Assembly (NCBI GenBank): GCA_027620575.1
Contig: JAQCDT010000001.1
Location: 1 to 44,098, forward strand
Length of the DNA: 44,098 bases
Reading direction: 5' to 3'
From: Verrucomicrobiota bacterium
Lineage (GTDB): Bacteria > Verrucomicrobiota > Verrucomicrobiia > Opitutales > Coraliomargaritaceae
The translations under genes and the position numbers were made by a program. The notes under the pieces were generated by a model. The model saw only the letters and a list, made by a program, of their open reading frames with translations, had not been told where the DNA came from and made no database searches. Every line of letters starts with the position of its first letter. Within the stretch, counting starts at the first letter, position 1. Below, in pieces: positions 20,718 through 33,072 of this stretch.

Positions 20718-22208
20718 ATGGAGATACAACCCAACTTAGAAGCGTTTAAAGCCAATGCAAAAAAAGGTTATCGTATTCCTATCTTCATGGATTTGACTGC
20801 CGATTGCGAAACGCCACTCTCCGCCTACTCTAAACTCGCTCAAGAAAAACCCGCTTTTTTATTTGAATCGATTGTTGGGGGCGAAAATATCAGCCGATTT
20901 TCCTTCCTAGGAGCCGCTCCAAAGAAAATTTTTCGTATTTATAGTGATCAAAGCACCATTATTCATAAAGACGGCACCCAAGAAAGCTTTGAAACCCCAG
21001 AAGATCCCCTGAGTCTAATTGAAAATGAGCTCGCACGCTTCAAAACCCTAGAAATTGAAGATATGCCACCCTTTGATGGAGGTGCCGTAGGCTTCGTCGG
21101 ACACGAGTTTATTCACACTGTGGAACCAAGCATAAAAATTTCCGAAAATGACCCCCTAAAACTCCCTATTTTATACTATATAATCACCGATTCTGTTTTA
21201 ATTTTTGATCACGTAAAACAAGTATTAAAAATTTGTGTTTATGCCGAAATTAACGATTCTGCTGAAGAGGCTTACCATCAAGCCGTTACAGAAATAAATC
21301 GCATCTATTCATTGCTTCAAAAACCCACCGAGATCAACTATAAGCAAATCACTCAACCTAGCGAAATTCCCGTTCCAAAAGGAAATTTTGAACAAGCTGA
21401 ATTTGAAACATCCGTTTCTAAGGTCAAAGAATATATCGAAGCAGGAGATGTTATACAAACTGTTCTATCTCAACGCTTTAGCAAAGAATTCACTATCCCA
21501 CCGATCGGGCTTTATCGTGCCCTTCGCACAGTCAATCCATCCCCCTACATGTTCCTTCTTGAAGACCCTGAATTCTCGGTTGTGGGGGCCTCTCCAGAGA
21601 TTCATGTTCGCCTCACTGGCAACCAAATCGACATTCGCCCTATCGCAGGCACTCGTCGGCGAGGCCGCAATGAAAAAGAAGACTTGGAGCTCGAAGCCGA
21701 TTTACTCGCCGATAAGAAAGAATGTGCTGAACATTTGATGCTCGTGGACCTAGCTCGCAATGATATTGGCCGTGTCTCCGAATTTGGTTCCGTTGAAGTC
21801 TCAGATTACATGACAATTGAACGTTATTCACATGTTATGCACATTGTTTCGCAGGTCCAAGGCACCCTTGCTCAAGACAAAACGGCCTATGACTTGATGA
21901 AAGCCACTTTTCCGGCGGGCACTTTGAGCGGAGCTCCCAAAGTACGTGCTTTACAGATCATTTCTGAGCTAGAAAACAGCCAAAGAGGCCTATATGGAGG
22001 TGCTTTAGGCTATTTCAGCTACAATGGAAACCATGATTCCTGTATTGGTATCCGCACCGCCGTGATCAAAGATCAAACAATTTACATCCAGTCTGGGGCA
22101 GGTGTTGTGGCCGATTCCATTCCTAAAGAAGAGTATATTGAAACCATCAATAAAGCCAAAGCTATGTTCAAGGCGGTTTCTATCGCAGAGACCTTGTTTT
22201 CCCTGTAA
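20718..22208 (+). CDS. trpE: Anthranilate synthase component I
   Basis: 496 aa. The N-terminal FLFESIVGGENISRFSF matches the TrpE Trp-feedback LLES...S motif. It has the chorismate-binding C-terminus (GTLSGAPKVRA, GLYGGALGYF, GAGVVADS). No trpG or trpD lies adjacent. Confidence 0.92.
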   Translation: MEIQPNLEAFKANAKKGYRIPIFMDLTADCETPLSAYSKLAQEKPAFLFESIVGGENISRFSFLGAAPKKIFRIYSDQSTIIHKDGTQESFETPEDPLSLIENELARFKTLEIEDMPPFDGGAVGFVGHEFIHTVEPSIKISENDPLKLPILYYIITDSVLIFDHVKQVLKICVYAEINDSAEEAYHQAVTEINRIYSLLQKPTEINYKQITQPSEIPVPKGNFEQAEFETSVSKVKEYIEAGDVIQTVLSQRFSKEFTIPPIGLYRALRTVNPSPYMFLLEDPEFSVVGASPEIHVRLTGNQIDIRPIAGTRRRGRNEKEDLELEADLLADKKECAEHLMLVDLARNDIGRVSEFGSVEVSDYMTIERYSHVMHIVSQVQGTLAQDKTAYDLMKATFPAGTLSGAPKVRALQIISELENSQRGLYGGALGYFSYNGNHDSCIGIRTAVIKDQTIYIQSGAGVVADSIPKEEYIETINKAKAMFKAVSIAETLFSL

Positions 22209-22273
22209 ATTCTAAATCTTCGCTCTATCAGTAAGTAAATCGATTATTATACGATAAGTTTAAATAACTTATT

Positions 22274-23275
22274 GTGGAAAAAATAAAACATAATCGATAT
22301 AAAGCAGATAGCGTTACTTCTCATAGTATTCCAAGAAGTGGCGTTGATGCTGTAGATGAAAATCCTAGGGCGCTCCTTCACCCTAACGAAAGAGATGCTA
22401 TGTTCACCTACATGCAGTCTATATCGAAGACTCCACTGCTCACCATTGAAGAAGAAGTAGAGCTTGCAAATAAAATCAAGAAAGGGGACCCAAAAGCACG
22501 AGAAAAAATGATTGCTTCTAATTTGCGCTTAGTGGTCAAAATTGCTCGTGACTATATGAATTTCGGACTTCCTCTAATGGACTTAGTCAGCGAAGGAAAC
22601 ATCGGTCTTGTAAAAGCGATCGAGCGTTTCGACCCATACAAAGGAGGTAAATTAAGTACTTATGCTTCTTGGTGGATCAAACAATCCATCAAACGTGCAC
22701 TAGCTAATCACAGTAAGACAATTCGTGTGCCAGTACATTTAGTTGACCGTATCTCTAAGATGCGAAGAATCATCAAAGATCTCACAGAAAAACTTGGTCG
22801 AGAGCCTTGCGATGAAGAAATCGGCTATGCGATGGAAATACCCACCAACAAAATCGCACACTTGAAATCTATCAGTGCACAGCCACGGTCTTTAGATGCT
22901 CCTGTGAATGAAGAATCCGACACAAGTTTCGGTGATTTAGTCGGAGATGAAAACCAATCCTCTCCTTTTGAGGACTTAGACACTAAAATGCAAAACATGG
23001 ACATCCAAAGTGTGGTCAATCAACTCGACCCTAGAGAAGCCGAAATCATCAAATTAAGGTTTGGTTTAGACGGCTCTAAAGCAATGACTTTAGAAGAAGT
23101 CGGTGAAAAATTTCAAGTGACTCGAGAGCGTATTCGTCAGTTACAAAACGATTCTATTCGCAAGATGCGCAATCTACTCACTGAGATCAATAAGCAGAAA
23201 AGCAAAGAAGAGCTTCATGAAGAATTGATCCAAAAGAAAAAAATGGAAGTGCTTCAAGAATTTTTTCAAGAGCAC

Positions 23276-23284
<9 letters not shown>
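22274..23284 (+). CDS. RpoD-family (group 1/2-like) RNA polymerase sigma factor, short form
   Basis: 336 aa with a GTG start. Regions 1.2 to 2.4 are present (LLTIEEEVELANKI, NLRLVVKIARDY, EGNIGLVKAIERFD, YASWWIKQSIKRAL), as are region 3 and region 4.2 (LEEVGEKFQVTRERIRQL). There is no region 1.1 or non-conserved insert. It has a roughly 30-aa charged C-terminal tail. Confidence 0.9.
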
Positions 23285-24856
<1,572 letters not shown>

Positions 24857-24880
24857 GAGGCCTTATTCTTCTCGAAGCAT

Positions 24881-27800
24881 TTATTGATTTGAGTCTAAAA
24901 CCCAACCCTCATTCTCTATTAACGCTTCCGCACGCTTATATTTTAATTGTTTGCTTTCGCCATTTTTACGAATCGTAACCATGTCATTACGCCCGATTTT
25001 AGCAGTCTCACGGCGAATAGGCTCTACTTTGGGAAGCTGTACTTCTTTTTGTGCTCGTGCCGGAACTCCTCCAGAATTTGCCGCTTCCATTGCCACTGCT
25101 CCAGCCAAGGCCCCTGCTTTTGCTTGTCCTTGATCAGAACCCGTCAACTCTACTTTAGCAGACATCTTAGAAAACATTTTTTCAAAAGCCTCTTGATTAG
25201 TTGCGGTACGGAAAATCGATGTGCAAATTTCTGAACGCAAGCTAGTCATCAATTCTTCAAAGAAGACAAATGCCTCACTCTTGTATTCGCTTAGAGGGTC
25301 TTTTTGACCGTAGCTTCTCAAGCTAACGCTACGCCTTAACTCTTCCATTTCCGTTAAATGGTCCTGCCAACGACGATCCACTGCCCGAATCACTATGTAA
25401 CGTTCCAATCCCTTCAAAGACTCAATATCCTCAAATGTTTCACGCTCCTCGTAAGCTTTCTTTATACTCTCTAAGACAAATTCCAGTGCCGCATCCCCTT
25501 CTTTTTTATTCAATTGCTCTAGATTTAAACTGATTGGGAAATAAGCATTTATCCAACTGACAAAAGACTCCATGTCTTCTGAACTTTGAGTGGCCACGGC
25601 TGACTGATAACGTTCTTCAATTTCTTCTGTGACCATCTCCATTACAATATCACGAGGCGTATCTGAAGCTATCGCTTCATTGCGAATACTGTAAATCACT
25701 TCTCTTTGAGTATTTAAAACATCGTCAAATTGAAGTAAGCGCTTACGAATCGAGAAATTTTGTTGCTCCACTTTTTTCTGAGCATTTTCAATCGACCAGT
25801 TCAACATCGGATGCTCAAGCTCTTCGTCCTCACTGAAATTTTTCTCCAAAATATTTGAGATCGGCCCTGCATTGGCAAAGAGACGCATCAAATCATCCTC
25901 TAAAGACACAAAGAATTTTGACACACCAGGGTCGCCTTGACGAGCACAACGACCACGCAACTGTCTATCCACTCGGCGTGATTCATGTCGCTCCGTTCCC
26001 AAGACATACAACCCACCGAGTTCGGCAACGCCTTCCCCTAGCTTAATATCCGTACCACGACCCGCCATATTTGTGGCAATAGTCACCGCACCTTTCTGTC
26101 CCGCCCGAGCAACAATCTCCGCTTCCTGTGCGTGATATTTTGCATTCAAAACACTGTGAATGATATTCGAACGCTTCAACATACGACTGAGCAACTCAGA
26201 CGATTCGACCGATGCTGTTCCTACTAAGACCGGTTGCCCGAGCTTATTCACTTCGGCGATTGCCTTCACTACTGCATTAAATTTTTCCCTTCGGGTTTTA
26301 TAAATAACATCGTTGTTATCCTTACGGATGTTTGGACGATGTGTTGGAATAATCATCACCGCTAATCCATAAATTTCGTTAAACTCAGACGCTTCCGTTT
26401 CTGCGGTACCGGTCATGCCAGCAATCTTGTCATACATTCGGAAATAATTCTGAATCGTCACCGAAGCATAGGTCTTAGTTTCCTTTTCAATAGCACAATT
26501 TTCTTTTGCCTCAATGGCTTGGTGTAATCCATCCGACCAACGACGACCCGCCATGACTCGACCTGTATTTTGGTCAACGATATTCACTTTACCATTTTGT
26601 ACCACATACTCTTTGTCTTTCTCATAAAGACTATAAGCTCTAAGTAGCTGGCTGATACAATGAATCCGCTCACTTGTACTTTGGAAATGGTGTTCGGCCT
26701 CTTGCTTGGCTTTTTGCTTTTCTTCGCCACTCAATGCTTCTCGCTTATCTATTTCCATAAATAGCGTGGGTAAATCAGGAAGCATAAACGCATCAGGGTC
26801 ATCGGGACTCATCAATAAACGTCCCTTCTCTGTAAGATCTGCCTGTCCTTGCTTTTCGTCTAAGATGAAAAATAAAGATTCCTTAAGGGCATGTCGCTCA
26901 TTCTTTTTAAAATCACTATTCAACTCTAAATCCACGGAATCCAATGATTTGCGGACCTTAGGATCTTCCATCAAGCGAAGTAACTGCTTATGCTTAGGCA
27001 TCCCTAATTTCACGCGATACAACTCGGTCATTAATCCCAAGTGTTGTTCCTCGGAAAAGCCTTCCTTCTCTAACTTTTCTAATCCGCTCTTCACATTGGC
27101 AATCACCTCATTGCACAAGCCTTGTTGCTGCCGCACCAAATTCTGAACCACTGGCTTAACGGATTTAAACGGCAAGGGGTTATCCTCCTGCATCGGGCCA
27201 GAAATAATCAAAGGCGTTCTCGCTTCATCGATCAAAATAGAATCCACCTCATCAATGATACAAAAATAATGATCTCTCTGTACTTGGTCGGCTTGACGTG
27301 TTGCCATGCCATTATCCCTTAGATAATCAAAGCCAAACTCTGCGGCGGTTCCATAAGTAATATCACAACCATACATTGCCTTGCGATCTGCAGGGGGCAT
27401 TCCATTTTGAATACATCCAACAGAAAGCCCTAAATATCGGAACAAATGGCCCATCCATTCAGAATCTCGACGTGCCAAATAATCATTTACTGTGACCAAC
27501 TGGCAATTTCTTCCAGAAAGGGCATTTAAATATAAAGGACAGGTAGAAACCAAGGTCTTTCCTTCACCGGTGGCCATTTCGGCTATTCGCTTTTCGTGCA
27601 AAGCAATGCCCCCTAAAAGTTGCACATCATAGTGCACCATCTCCCACGGAAGTTGATGCCCACAAACATCCAAAGAACTTCCACACATTCGACGTGATGC
27701 ATTTTTCACCACAGCAAAAGCTTCTGGCAATAAATCATCTAAGGTTTCTCCGGCGTTAAATCGCTGTTTAAATTCTTCTGTTTTTGCTTTCAGAGCCTCC

Positions 27801-27919
27801 TTACTTAAAGACTGCATCTCTACTTCAAAAGCATTGATACGCTCAATAATTGGCGCGCACTTTTTTTGGTACTTCCGATAATGACTCCCTGAAAATCGTT
27901 TGAAAAACTGTTTTAACAT
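24881..27919 (-). CDS. secA: Preprotein translocase ATPase SecA (long form, no C-terminal zinc motif)
   Basis: 1012 aa with Walker [38 protein letters not shown] and [11 protein letters not shown]. The preprotein cross-linking domain is expanded. The C-terminus lacks the Cys/His SecB-binding zinc motif. Confidence 0.97.
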   Translation of the reverse strand: MLKQFFKRFSGSHYRKYQKKCAPIIERINAFEVEMQSLSKEALKAKTEEFKQRFNAGETLDDLLPEAFAVVKNASRRMCGSSLDVCGHQLPWEMVHYDVQLLGGIALHEKRIAEMATGEGKTLVSTCPLYLNALSGRNCQLVTVNDYLARRDSEWMGHLFRYLGLSVGCIQNGMPPADRKAMYGCDITYGTAAEFGFDYLRDNGMATRQADQVQRDHYFCIIDEVDSILIDEARTPLIISGPMQEDNPLPFKSVKPVVQNLVRQQQGLCNEVIANVKSGLEKLEKEGFSEEQHLGLMTELYRVKLGMPKHKQLLRLMEDPKVRKSLDSVDLELNSDFKKNERHALKESLFFILDEKQGQADLTEKGRLLMSPDDPDAFMLPDLPTLFMEIDKREALSGEEKQKAKQEAEHHFQSTSERIHCISQLLRAYSLYEKDKEYVVQNGKVNIVDQNTGRVMAGRRWSDGLHQAIEAKENCAIEKETKTYASVTIQNYFRMYDKIAGMTGTAETEASEFNEIYGLAVMIIPTHRPNIRKDNNDVIYKTRREKFNAVVKAIAEVNKLGQPVLVGTASVESSELLSRMLKRSNIIHSVLNAKYHAQEAEIVARAGQKGAVTIATNMAGRGTDIKLGEGVAELGGLYVLGTERHESRRVDRQLRGRCARQGDPGVSKFFVSLEDDLMRLFANAGPISNILEKNFSEDEELEHPMLNWSIENAQKKVEQQNFSIRKRLLQFDDVLNTQREVIYSIRNEAIASDTPRDIVMEMVTEEIEERYQSAVATQSSEDMESFVSWINAYFPISLNLEQLNKKEGDAALEFVLESIKKAYEERETFEDIESLKGLERYIVIRAVDRRWQDHLTEMEELRRSVSLRSYGQKDPLSEYKSEAFVFFEELMTSLRSEICTSIFRTATNQEAFEKMFSKMSAKVELTGSDQGQAKAGALAGAVAMEAANSGGVPARAQKEVQLPKVEPIRRETAKIGRNDMVTIRKNGESKQLKYKRAEALIENEGWVLDSNQ

Positions 27920-28104
27920 ATTAAAAAAATTCTATATCTGTATGTTTCTACTTTTAATGTACGCCTTAACGCTATAAAACAGATGTTAGACAAATCATTA
28001 AACTCCTATTGTTCACTCAAATAGTTTTTAAACACAATCTAAAAATCTTTCCCTTTGTCCACACTCTTTCTTAATTTCATCGACAATAGTCCCTCTGCTT
28101 AATT

Positions 28105-29142
28105 ATGGAAAACCCTTTCTCCCTAGCCTATCTTATCTTTTTTCTGATCTTCCTAGGCGCTACGCTTTTTTTAATCAAAATCATTGTAGAAAATCTTGCC
28201 CGAAAAGCTCTAACAGAAAATCAAAAAAACTTTCTCGATCTCGCCGAGCAATCTTTCCAAAAACTCAGAGCCAGCTCCAATGAAGATTTAGAGTCCAAAA
28301 AGACAGCCATTGAAAAACAGCTCACCCTTCTCAATGGCGAACTCGATAAACTTAAAACCAATACCACTGAACTTAAAACCAACCTTCAGCTCTCCAAAGA
28401 ACAACTCACGGGCTTAACCGAAACCACCAACCATCTCAATTCTGTACTCTCCAATAATCAACAAAGAGGCCAGTGGGGGGAACGACAAGCTGAAGACCTG
28501 CTACAGCACTTTGACTTTCAAGAAGGGGTCAACTACAACAAACAAACCTCCGAAGGAGGCGACCGACCCGACTTTACTTTTTATTTGCCCAAAGGTAAAC
28601 GCCTCAACATGGATGTTAAATTTCCCATTCGTGCCTACCAATCCTATCTAGACGCAGATTCTAAAACTGAACAAGACTCTCACCTCAAACAATTCAATTC
28701 CGATATAAAGACCCACCTCAAAGCCATCGCTAAACGAAAATACATCAACCCAGCCGACGATACTCTCGACTATTGTATGATGTTTATTTCTAACGAAGGA
28801 ATTTTTCAAATCGTCAATCAACAACAAGAGCTGCTCGACCTTGCGAAAGACCTAAGTATCGTCATCTGTGGTCCCACTTCTCTCTTCGCCATCCTTTCCT
28901 TAATTCGACAATCCATCAGCAGTTTTCAGATCGAAGAACGTGCAAAAGTCATTCAAAAAGATTTAGTCAAATTCCAAGACGAATGGGAAAAATACAAAGA
29001 TAAAATGGCCACTGTGCAGACGAAAATGGATCAAGCGAATCAAGCCCTAGAAGAAGCACAAGGCACCCGCACCAGAGCCCTAGAACGTCCGCTAAAAAAG
29101 ATTATTAGCCACGAGATTGATTCATCTCAAGAGCGATCCTAA
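28105..29142 (+). CDS. rmuC: DNA recombination protein RmuC
   Basis: 345 aa with an N-terminal TM helix, a long coiled coil, and a PD-(D/E)xK-like core (RPDFTFYLPKGKRLNMDVKFP) typical of the RmuC family. Confidence 0.88.
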   Translation: MENPFSLAYLIFFLIFLGATLFLIKIIVENLARKALTENQKNFLDLAEQSFQKLRASSNEDLESKKTAIEKQLTLLNGELDKLKTNTTELKTNLQLSKEQLTGLTETTNHLNSVLSNNQQRGQWGERQAEDLLQHFDFQEGVNYNKQTSEGGDRPDFTFYLPKGKRLNMDVKFPIRAYQSYLDADSKTEQDSHLKQFNSDIKTHLKAIAKRKYINPADDTLDYCMMFISNEGIFQIVNQQQELLDLAKDLSIVICGPTSLFAILSLIRQSISSFQIEERAKVIQKDLVKFQDEWEKYKDKMATVQTKMDQANQALEEAQGTRTRALERPLKKIISHEIDSSQERS

Positions 29143-29150
29143 CGATTACC

Positions 29151-29888
29151 TCAATCTTCAATCCGCTCGACTTCCATTCCAATTACTTCTCCTGCTTTTT
29201 TTGCCATTCGATCATTAGGATGATTTTGAGCGATATACAAAAAAGTGGCTTCATCTTCTTCACTCAGCGAGAGATTTTTTGAAGCATCCATAATATTCCC
29301 CATGAGCCAACCATTTTTAAATTCCCCATCTTCAGTGAGTTCTTTGAGGTTTTCCATCAGCGGATCTTTCATATCTTGAGTCACATTATCTTTAATCACT
29401 CCCAAAGCATAGGCCTTCATGCGTCCATTTTCTCCGTTTAAATAAACATCCACAATGCTGTTATAGGCCGCCTCATCCATACGATTGAAACGATCTAAAA
29501 TCTCTGCTGAACGGACTTTTGCCCAGCCACTTTCCTCTTCATCAATGACCGTATCATAGGAATCGCTTATCCAATTTTCCGTATCCTGTAATATTCCATT
29601 AGGATCTATTTTTCTCAGTAAATCGGTTTGATCTGTCACCACACTATCCAATTCAGATATCTTATCCTTCATCTGAATCAACTGCTCCTCCACAGGAACG
29701 GGTAAACTCGACTTTAGCTCGGCATACTCTTCAGATAATTCTTTCAACGATTCATTCAGCTCTTTGATTTTTGCTTCCAACTCAGAAACATCCAAGTCAG
29801 CATCTTCGCTCATCGCATTATTGTATAAGACAAAGCTCAGTCCGAGTAGCGATAAACACAATAAAATGGTTAAAAATTGTTTATTCAT
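29151..29888 (-). CDS. Hypothetical secreted or membrane-anchored acidic coiled-coil protein
   Basis: It has an N-terminal hydrophobic signal or anchor (MNKQFLTILLCLSLLGLSFVLY), a heptad-like acidic segment (LEAKIKELNESLKELSEEYAELK) and no recognisable family. The start is set at the internal ATG 29888, because the longer ORF (to 29942) would run into tRNA-Trp. Confidence 0.6.
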   Translation of the reverse strand: MNKQFLTILLCLSLLGLSFVLYNNAMSEDADLDVSELEAKIKELNESLKELSEEYAELKSSLPVPVEEQLIQMKDKISELDSVVTDQTDLLRKIDPNGILQDTENWISDSYDTVIDEEESGWAKVRSAEILDRFNRMDEAAYNSIVDVYLNGENGRMKAYALGVIKDNVTQDMKDPLMENLKELTEDGEFKNGWLMGNIMDASKNLSLSEEDEATFLYIAQNHPNDRMAKKAGEVIGMEVERIED

Positions 29889-29913
29889 AAATAATGGATG
29901 GTAAAAAAAAGAG

Positions 29914-29993
<80 letters not shown>

Positions 29994-30043
29994 CCCGTAT
30001 AGATATAAAAAATTTCGGATAAATTACTAGCAAATAATTTAAA

Positions 30044-30514
30044 CTAGCAACAATTACAGTCGGTCTTCTGTTTCGAAGAAGATAGCTTTCTGCACAAATA
30101 AAAATTTCTTGAATGCGCTAGGATAAGAAAAACACCACCTAGGGTATTAATCCAAGCGATATTGCTCAGCCCAGGATTGCCTTCTATCGCCGCACACGAA
30201 GCACAATGGGCAACACCCTGTTGCTCCATAAAATAGGCCCCTACCAAAAACGCTAAACCGAGAAAACAAGACGCAAAAACATATTTATCTCTGTGCTTTT
30301 TACAGCCCAATAAAATCGAAGCAAGTGTCGTCGGAAATACCGCAACAAGCATCCAAAAATGAAAATTTTCATGAACAAAAAAAGTAGCCCCGATCAACGG
30401 CACTGCGACTATCAGCACTGGAACGATTAAACAGTGAATTGCACACAGCACGGCCATGCTGATCGCTAATTTATCCAGCCACCCCTCATGCCGCTTTGCC
30501 TTTACTTCATTCAT
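30044..30514 (-). CDS. MerC-like small polytopic membrane protein with a Cys-rich C-terminus
   Basis: 156 aa with 4 predicted TM helices. The first helix carries CAIHC, as in MerC-domain proteins. It also has an internal CASC and a C-terminal tail ...KTDCNCC. The family assignment is from memory of the MerC-domain pattern, not an HMM hit. Confidence 0.6.
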   Translation of the reverse strand: MNEVKAKRHEGWLDKLAISMAVLCAIHCLIVPVLIVAVPLIGATFFVHENFHFWMLVAVFPTTLASILLGCKKHRDKYVFASCFLGLAFLVGAYFMEQQGVAHCASCAAIEGNPGLSNIAWINTLGGVFLILAHSRNFYLCRKLSSSKQKTDCNCC

Positions 30515-30591
30515 ACTTTAATTTTGTTTGAATTAATATTGATTAGTCAAACTTCTTATGCAACTTCTACCCGTAGAAAATTTTTAACTAT

Positions 30592-31104
30592 ATGCCGATA
30601 AATAATGTGATAGATGGACCTCGAGGAAAGATATGTTTCGATCTTCCCTCACCCTATGAAGCACACCCATGCGGCTTACTCTATCTTCCAAGATTTATCG
30701 CAAAAATTCGCAAACACCTCAAAGAAGGCTTGCCCGATTCTTATCAAAAAAACTTTAAACGAGGCTTTGACCAATTCTTGTGCATGCACTTAGGAATCGA
30801 ACCTGATCAAGTTATTGATGCGGTTAGAGAAGCGGGCGAGGATGAGGATGCGCTCAATAATTTACTTAAGAAAATTTTTCCTGAGGATTTACAAGTTCGT
30901 AAATGGAATCATGAAATCACCCATAAAGGACAAACCGAAGCCGGACGTGAATTCATTAAAGAATCGCTCGAACAAATGGGCGTCCCACATCTTCAAGACA
31001 AGATTCTTTGCATTATGGACATGATGGATTTAGACGAAGGACGCCTACCAGGATTTTGCGATGATAAGCGAAAAGAATGGGAAGCCAGCCAGAAGAACGC
31101 TTAG
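30592..31104 (+). CDS. DUF5069-like soluble protein of unknown function
   Basis: 170 aa. The N-terminal LYLPRFIAKIRKHLKEGLP...F resembles the LPR-x-hydrophobic-x-K-x-R signature that I associate with DUF5069. It needs profile-HMM confirmation. Confidence 0.55.
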   Translation: MPINNVIDGPRGKICFDLPSPYEAHPCGLLYLPRFIAKIRKHLKEGLPDSYQKNFKRGFDQFLCMHLGIEPDQVIDAVREAGEDEDALNNLLKKIFPEDLQVRKWNHEITHKGQTEAGREFIKESLEQMGVPHLQDKILCIMDMMDLDEGRLPGFCDDKRKEWEASQKNA

Positions 31105-31118
31105 CCAAAAGCGTATTC

Positions 31119-32156
31119 TTAAAACGATTGCTCAACTTTAGAGAATAAATTTCGCACGAAATTTAATAATTGCTGAAAGTGTTGTGCATCTTCTTTTGAC
31201 ACACTCAACAAAGTGGGCTCTGCTCGACTCAAAACTGCATCAAATTCTGCTTTCACCCGTTCCAAAATTGGGTATTCGCTTAGCTTGCTCTCCAATTGAT
31301 TGATTGCCACTTCCCTATCACCTCCCTGATAAGAATTAATCCATTCACTACGTTCACCTGCTTCCATACTCTCCAATAAGATGAGCAACGGCAAAGTGAA
31401 TTTACCATTCGCCAAATCCGTGCCTAAGGTCTTTCCGATTTCTGATTCACTCGCAAACAAGTCCACCACATCATCAAAAATCTGATACGCACACCCTAGC
31501 TGCATCCCATAACTAGCAAGTGCCTCCGCCTCGGCTTCTGATTTTCCGCTAACAATCGCGCCCAACCGACAGGCCACCGCAAATAATTCCGCCGTCTTTA
31601 ACTCTATGATGCGAAAGTAATGCTTCCGATCAAAATTCAATTCACGCTTAGCGTAAGTCTGGCTGATTTCTCCAGAACACACTCGACTCGTAGCCAGTGC
31701 AACCGAGCGACAAATTTCCGTCGTATCGTATTCCGAAGCCAAACATAAAGCATGAGCAAATAACACATCTCCGACTAAAACCGCTGCATCTCTTCCGTAT
31801 TTAGCCGCCACCGTTGGAGTTCCATGACGAATACTCGCATCATCTAAAATATCGTCATGCACCAAAGTCGCTAAATGCACTAATTCTAATATCGCCCCCA
31901 AGCGAATCAAATCCTCGTTATTTTCAAAGCCTTCATGCCAGCCACTGTAAGCGACTAGTATAGGGCGGAGACGCTTCCCACTATGACCTAAAACATAGCT
32001 AACTTGCTCTTGCACCTCTGGCTCCAGTATCAAAACCTGTTCTTGAAGATACGCATCTAAATTGGCTAAATATCCACTCACTGGAGCAACAATTGATTCA
32101 AAGCCTGACGCATTGTTGCTAGCGTCTTGTATTTCTTGTTGGTTAATTCCGTTCAC
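31119..32156 (-). CDS. Long-chain polyprenyl diphosphate synthase (IspB / heptaprenyl-octaprenyl type)
   Basis: 345 aa with a GTG start. The first Asp-rich motif is LVHDDILDD and the second is QIFDDVVD. The product chain length is not determinable from sequence. Confidence 0.9.
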   Translation of the reverse strand: MNGINQQEIQDASNNASGFESIVAPVSGYLANLDAYLQEQVLILEPEVQEQVSYVLGHSGKRLRPILVAYSGWHEGFENNEDLIRLGAILELVHLATLVHDDILDDASIRHGTPTVAAKYGRDAAVLVGDVLFAHALCLASEYDTTEICRSVALATSRVCSGEISQTYAKRELNFDRKHYFRIIELKTAELFAVACRLGAIVSGKSEAEAEALASYGMQLGCAYQIFDDVVDLFASESEIGKTLGTDLANGKFTLPLLILLESMEAGERSEWINSYQGGDREVAINQLESKLSEYPILERVKAEFDAVLSRAEPTLLSVSKEDAQHFQQLLNFVRNLFSKVEQSF

Positions 32157-32202
32157 TATATTTAACTATTAAATACTGAAAATACTTGAACTCGCTAAAA
32201 AA

Positions 32203-32976
32203 TCAAAGCCATTCCATCAATTTATTGATTAAGGCTTCACGCCCATCGACATGTGGATTGTGCGAAACTCCCTCCATCAGAAGAAAATCTAACTTTGGAA
32301 AATATTTTTCCATCCGCTCACGGTCACCCGTTTCTATAAAATCAGAGGCCCCACCCTTAACTAATAATGTTTCGCCCAAATAAGACGACGCCTCACTCAA
32401 GGGATTGGTTCGAATCGTTTCTAAATTTTCATACAACACTTTAAGATTCGGCTTCCAAGCAAAACCGCCGTCCTTGCGAGTCAAATTAGTCAAAAGCGAT
32501 TCACGAAAACTTGCATCAGGAATAGATTGCTCCAAAGCCTCAGAAACCGATTGCCGTGAAACCATAGCCCCTAAATCCAAACTCATCATTGCTTCAAACT
32601 CCGATTTATAATGGGGCGTATACGGCTTTGGGACTATATCCAAGACCACGAGCTTTGCCACTCGATCGCCATATTCTGAAGCAAAATGCATAGCGACCTT
32701 TCCACCTAAACTATGCCCAATTAAATGAATCGGCTCCTCGATACACTCCCTCTCTAAATAGCCCATCAGATCTGCACTCATCTCCGACCAATCCATCGAA
32801 TCCGCCCAAGGCGACTCACCATGATTTCTCAAATCCAATAAATGCACCTCAAACGCTTCCGCTAAGGCTTTCCCAACCAAAAGCCAATTTCGTAAACTTC
32901 CCATTAAGCCGTGTACAATAAATACTTTTGGAGCTCCCTCTGTGCCCATCTTTAAACTTTTCAATGCGACTGCCAT
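32203..32976 (-). CDS. Alpha/beta-fold hydrolase, YbfF-like esterase
   Basis: 257 aa, colinear with E. coli YbfF (IVHGLMGSLRNW, DLRNHGESP, nucleophile elbow GHSLGG, C-terminal His in GVSHNPH). Confidence 0.85.
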   Translation of the reverse strand: MAVALKSLKMGTEGAPKVFIVHGLMGSLRNWLLVGKALAEAFEVHLLDLRNHGESPWADSMDWSEMSADLMGYLERECIEEPIHLIGHSLGGKVAMHFASEYGDRVAKLVVLDIVPKPYTPHYKSEFEAMMSLDLGAMVSRQSVSEALEQSIPDASFRESLLTNLTRKDGGFAWKPNLKVLYENLETIRTNPLSEASSYLGETLLVKGGASDFIETGDRERMEKYFPKLDFLLMEGVSHNPHVDGREALINKLMEWL

Positions 32977-33072
32977 ACCTATAGTTTCCTAACGCTTTAC
33001 TTTTTTTACATTTTTCAAAGTCACGACTTTATTTTTTCCACACACCTGCTAAAAAGTATCGTTTAAAGCATA

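Noticed and set aside
21388-21738. A 116-aa same-strand alternate-frame ORF inside trpE; similar cases are 5537..5821 in mreC and 19431..19715 across purE/purK.
   Set aside because: They are embedded in conserved genes, have no motifs, and are of lengths expected by chance at this base composition.
26706-27146. A 146-aa ORF on the + strand inside secA.
   Set aside because: It is fully antisense to a highly conserved SecA segment and has a Ser/Cys/Phe-rich low-complexity composition typical of shadow frames. It has no start context or independent spacer.
28011-28017. GTTCACT, the right half of the mutS-polymerase palindrome, recurs upstream of rmuC (28011) and at the polyprenyl synthase start (32151).
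   Set aside because: These are half-sites only, with no matching left arm at either location. A 7-mer is expected several times by chance in 44 kb on two strands.
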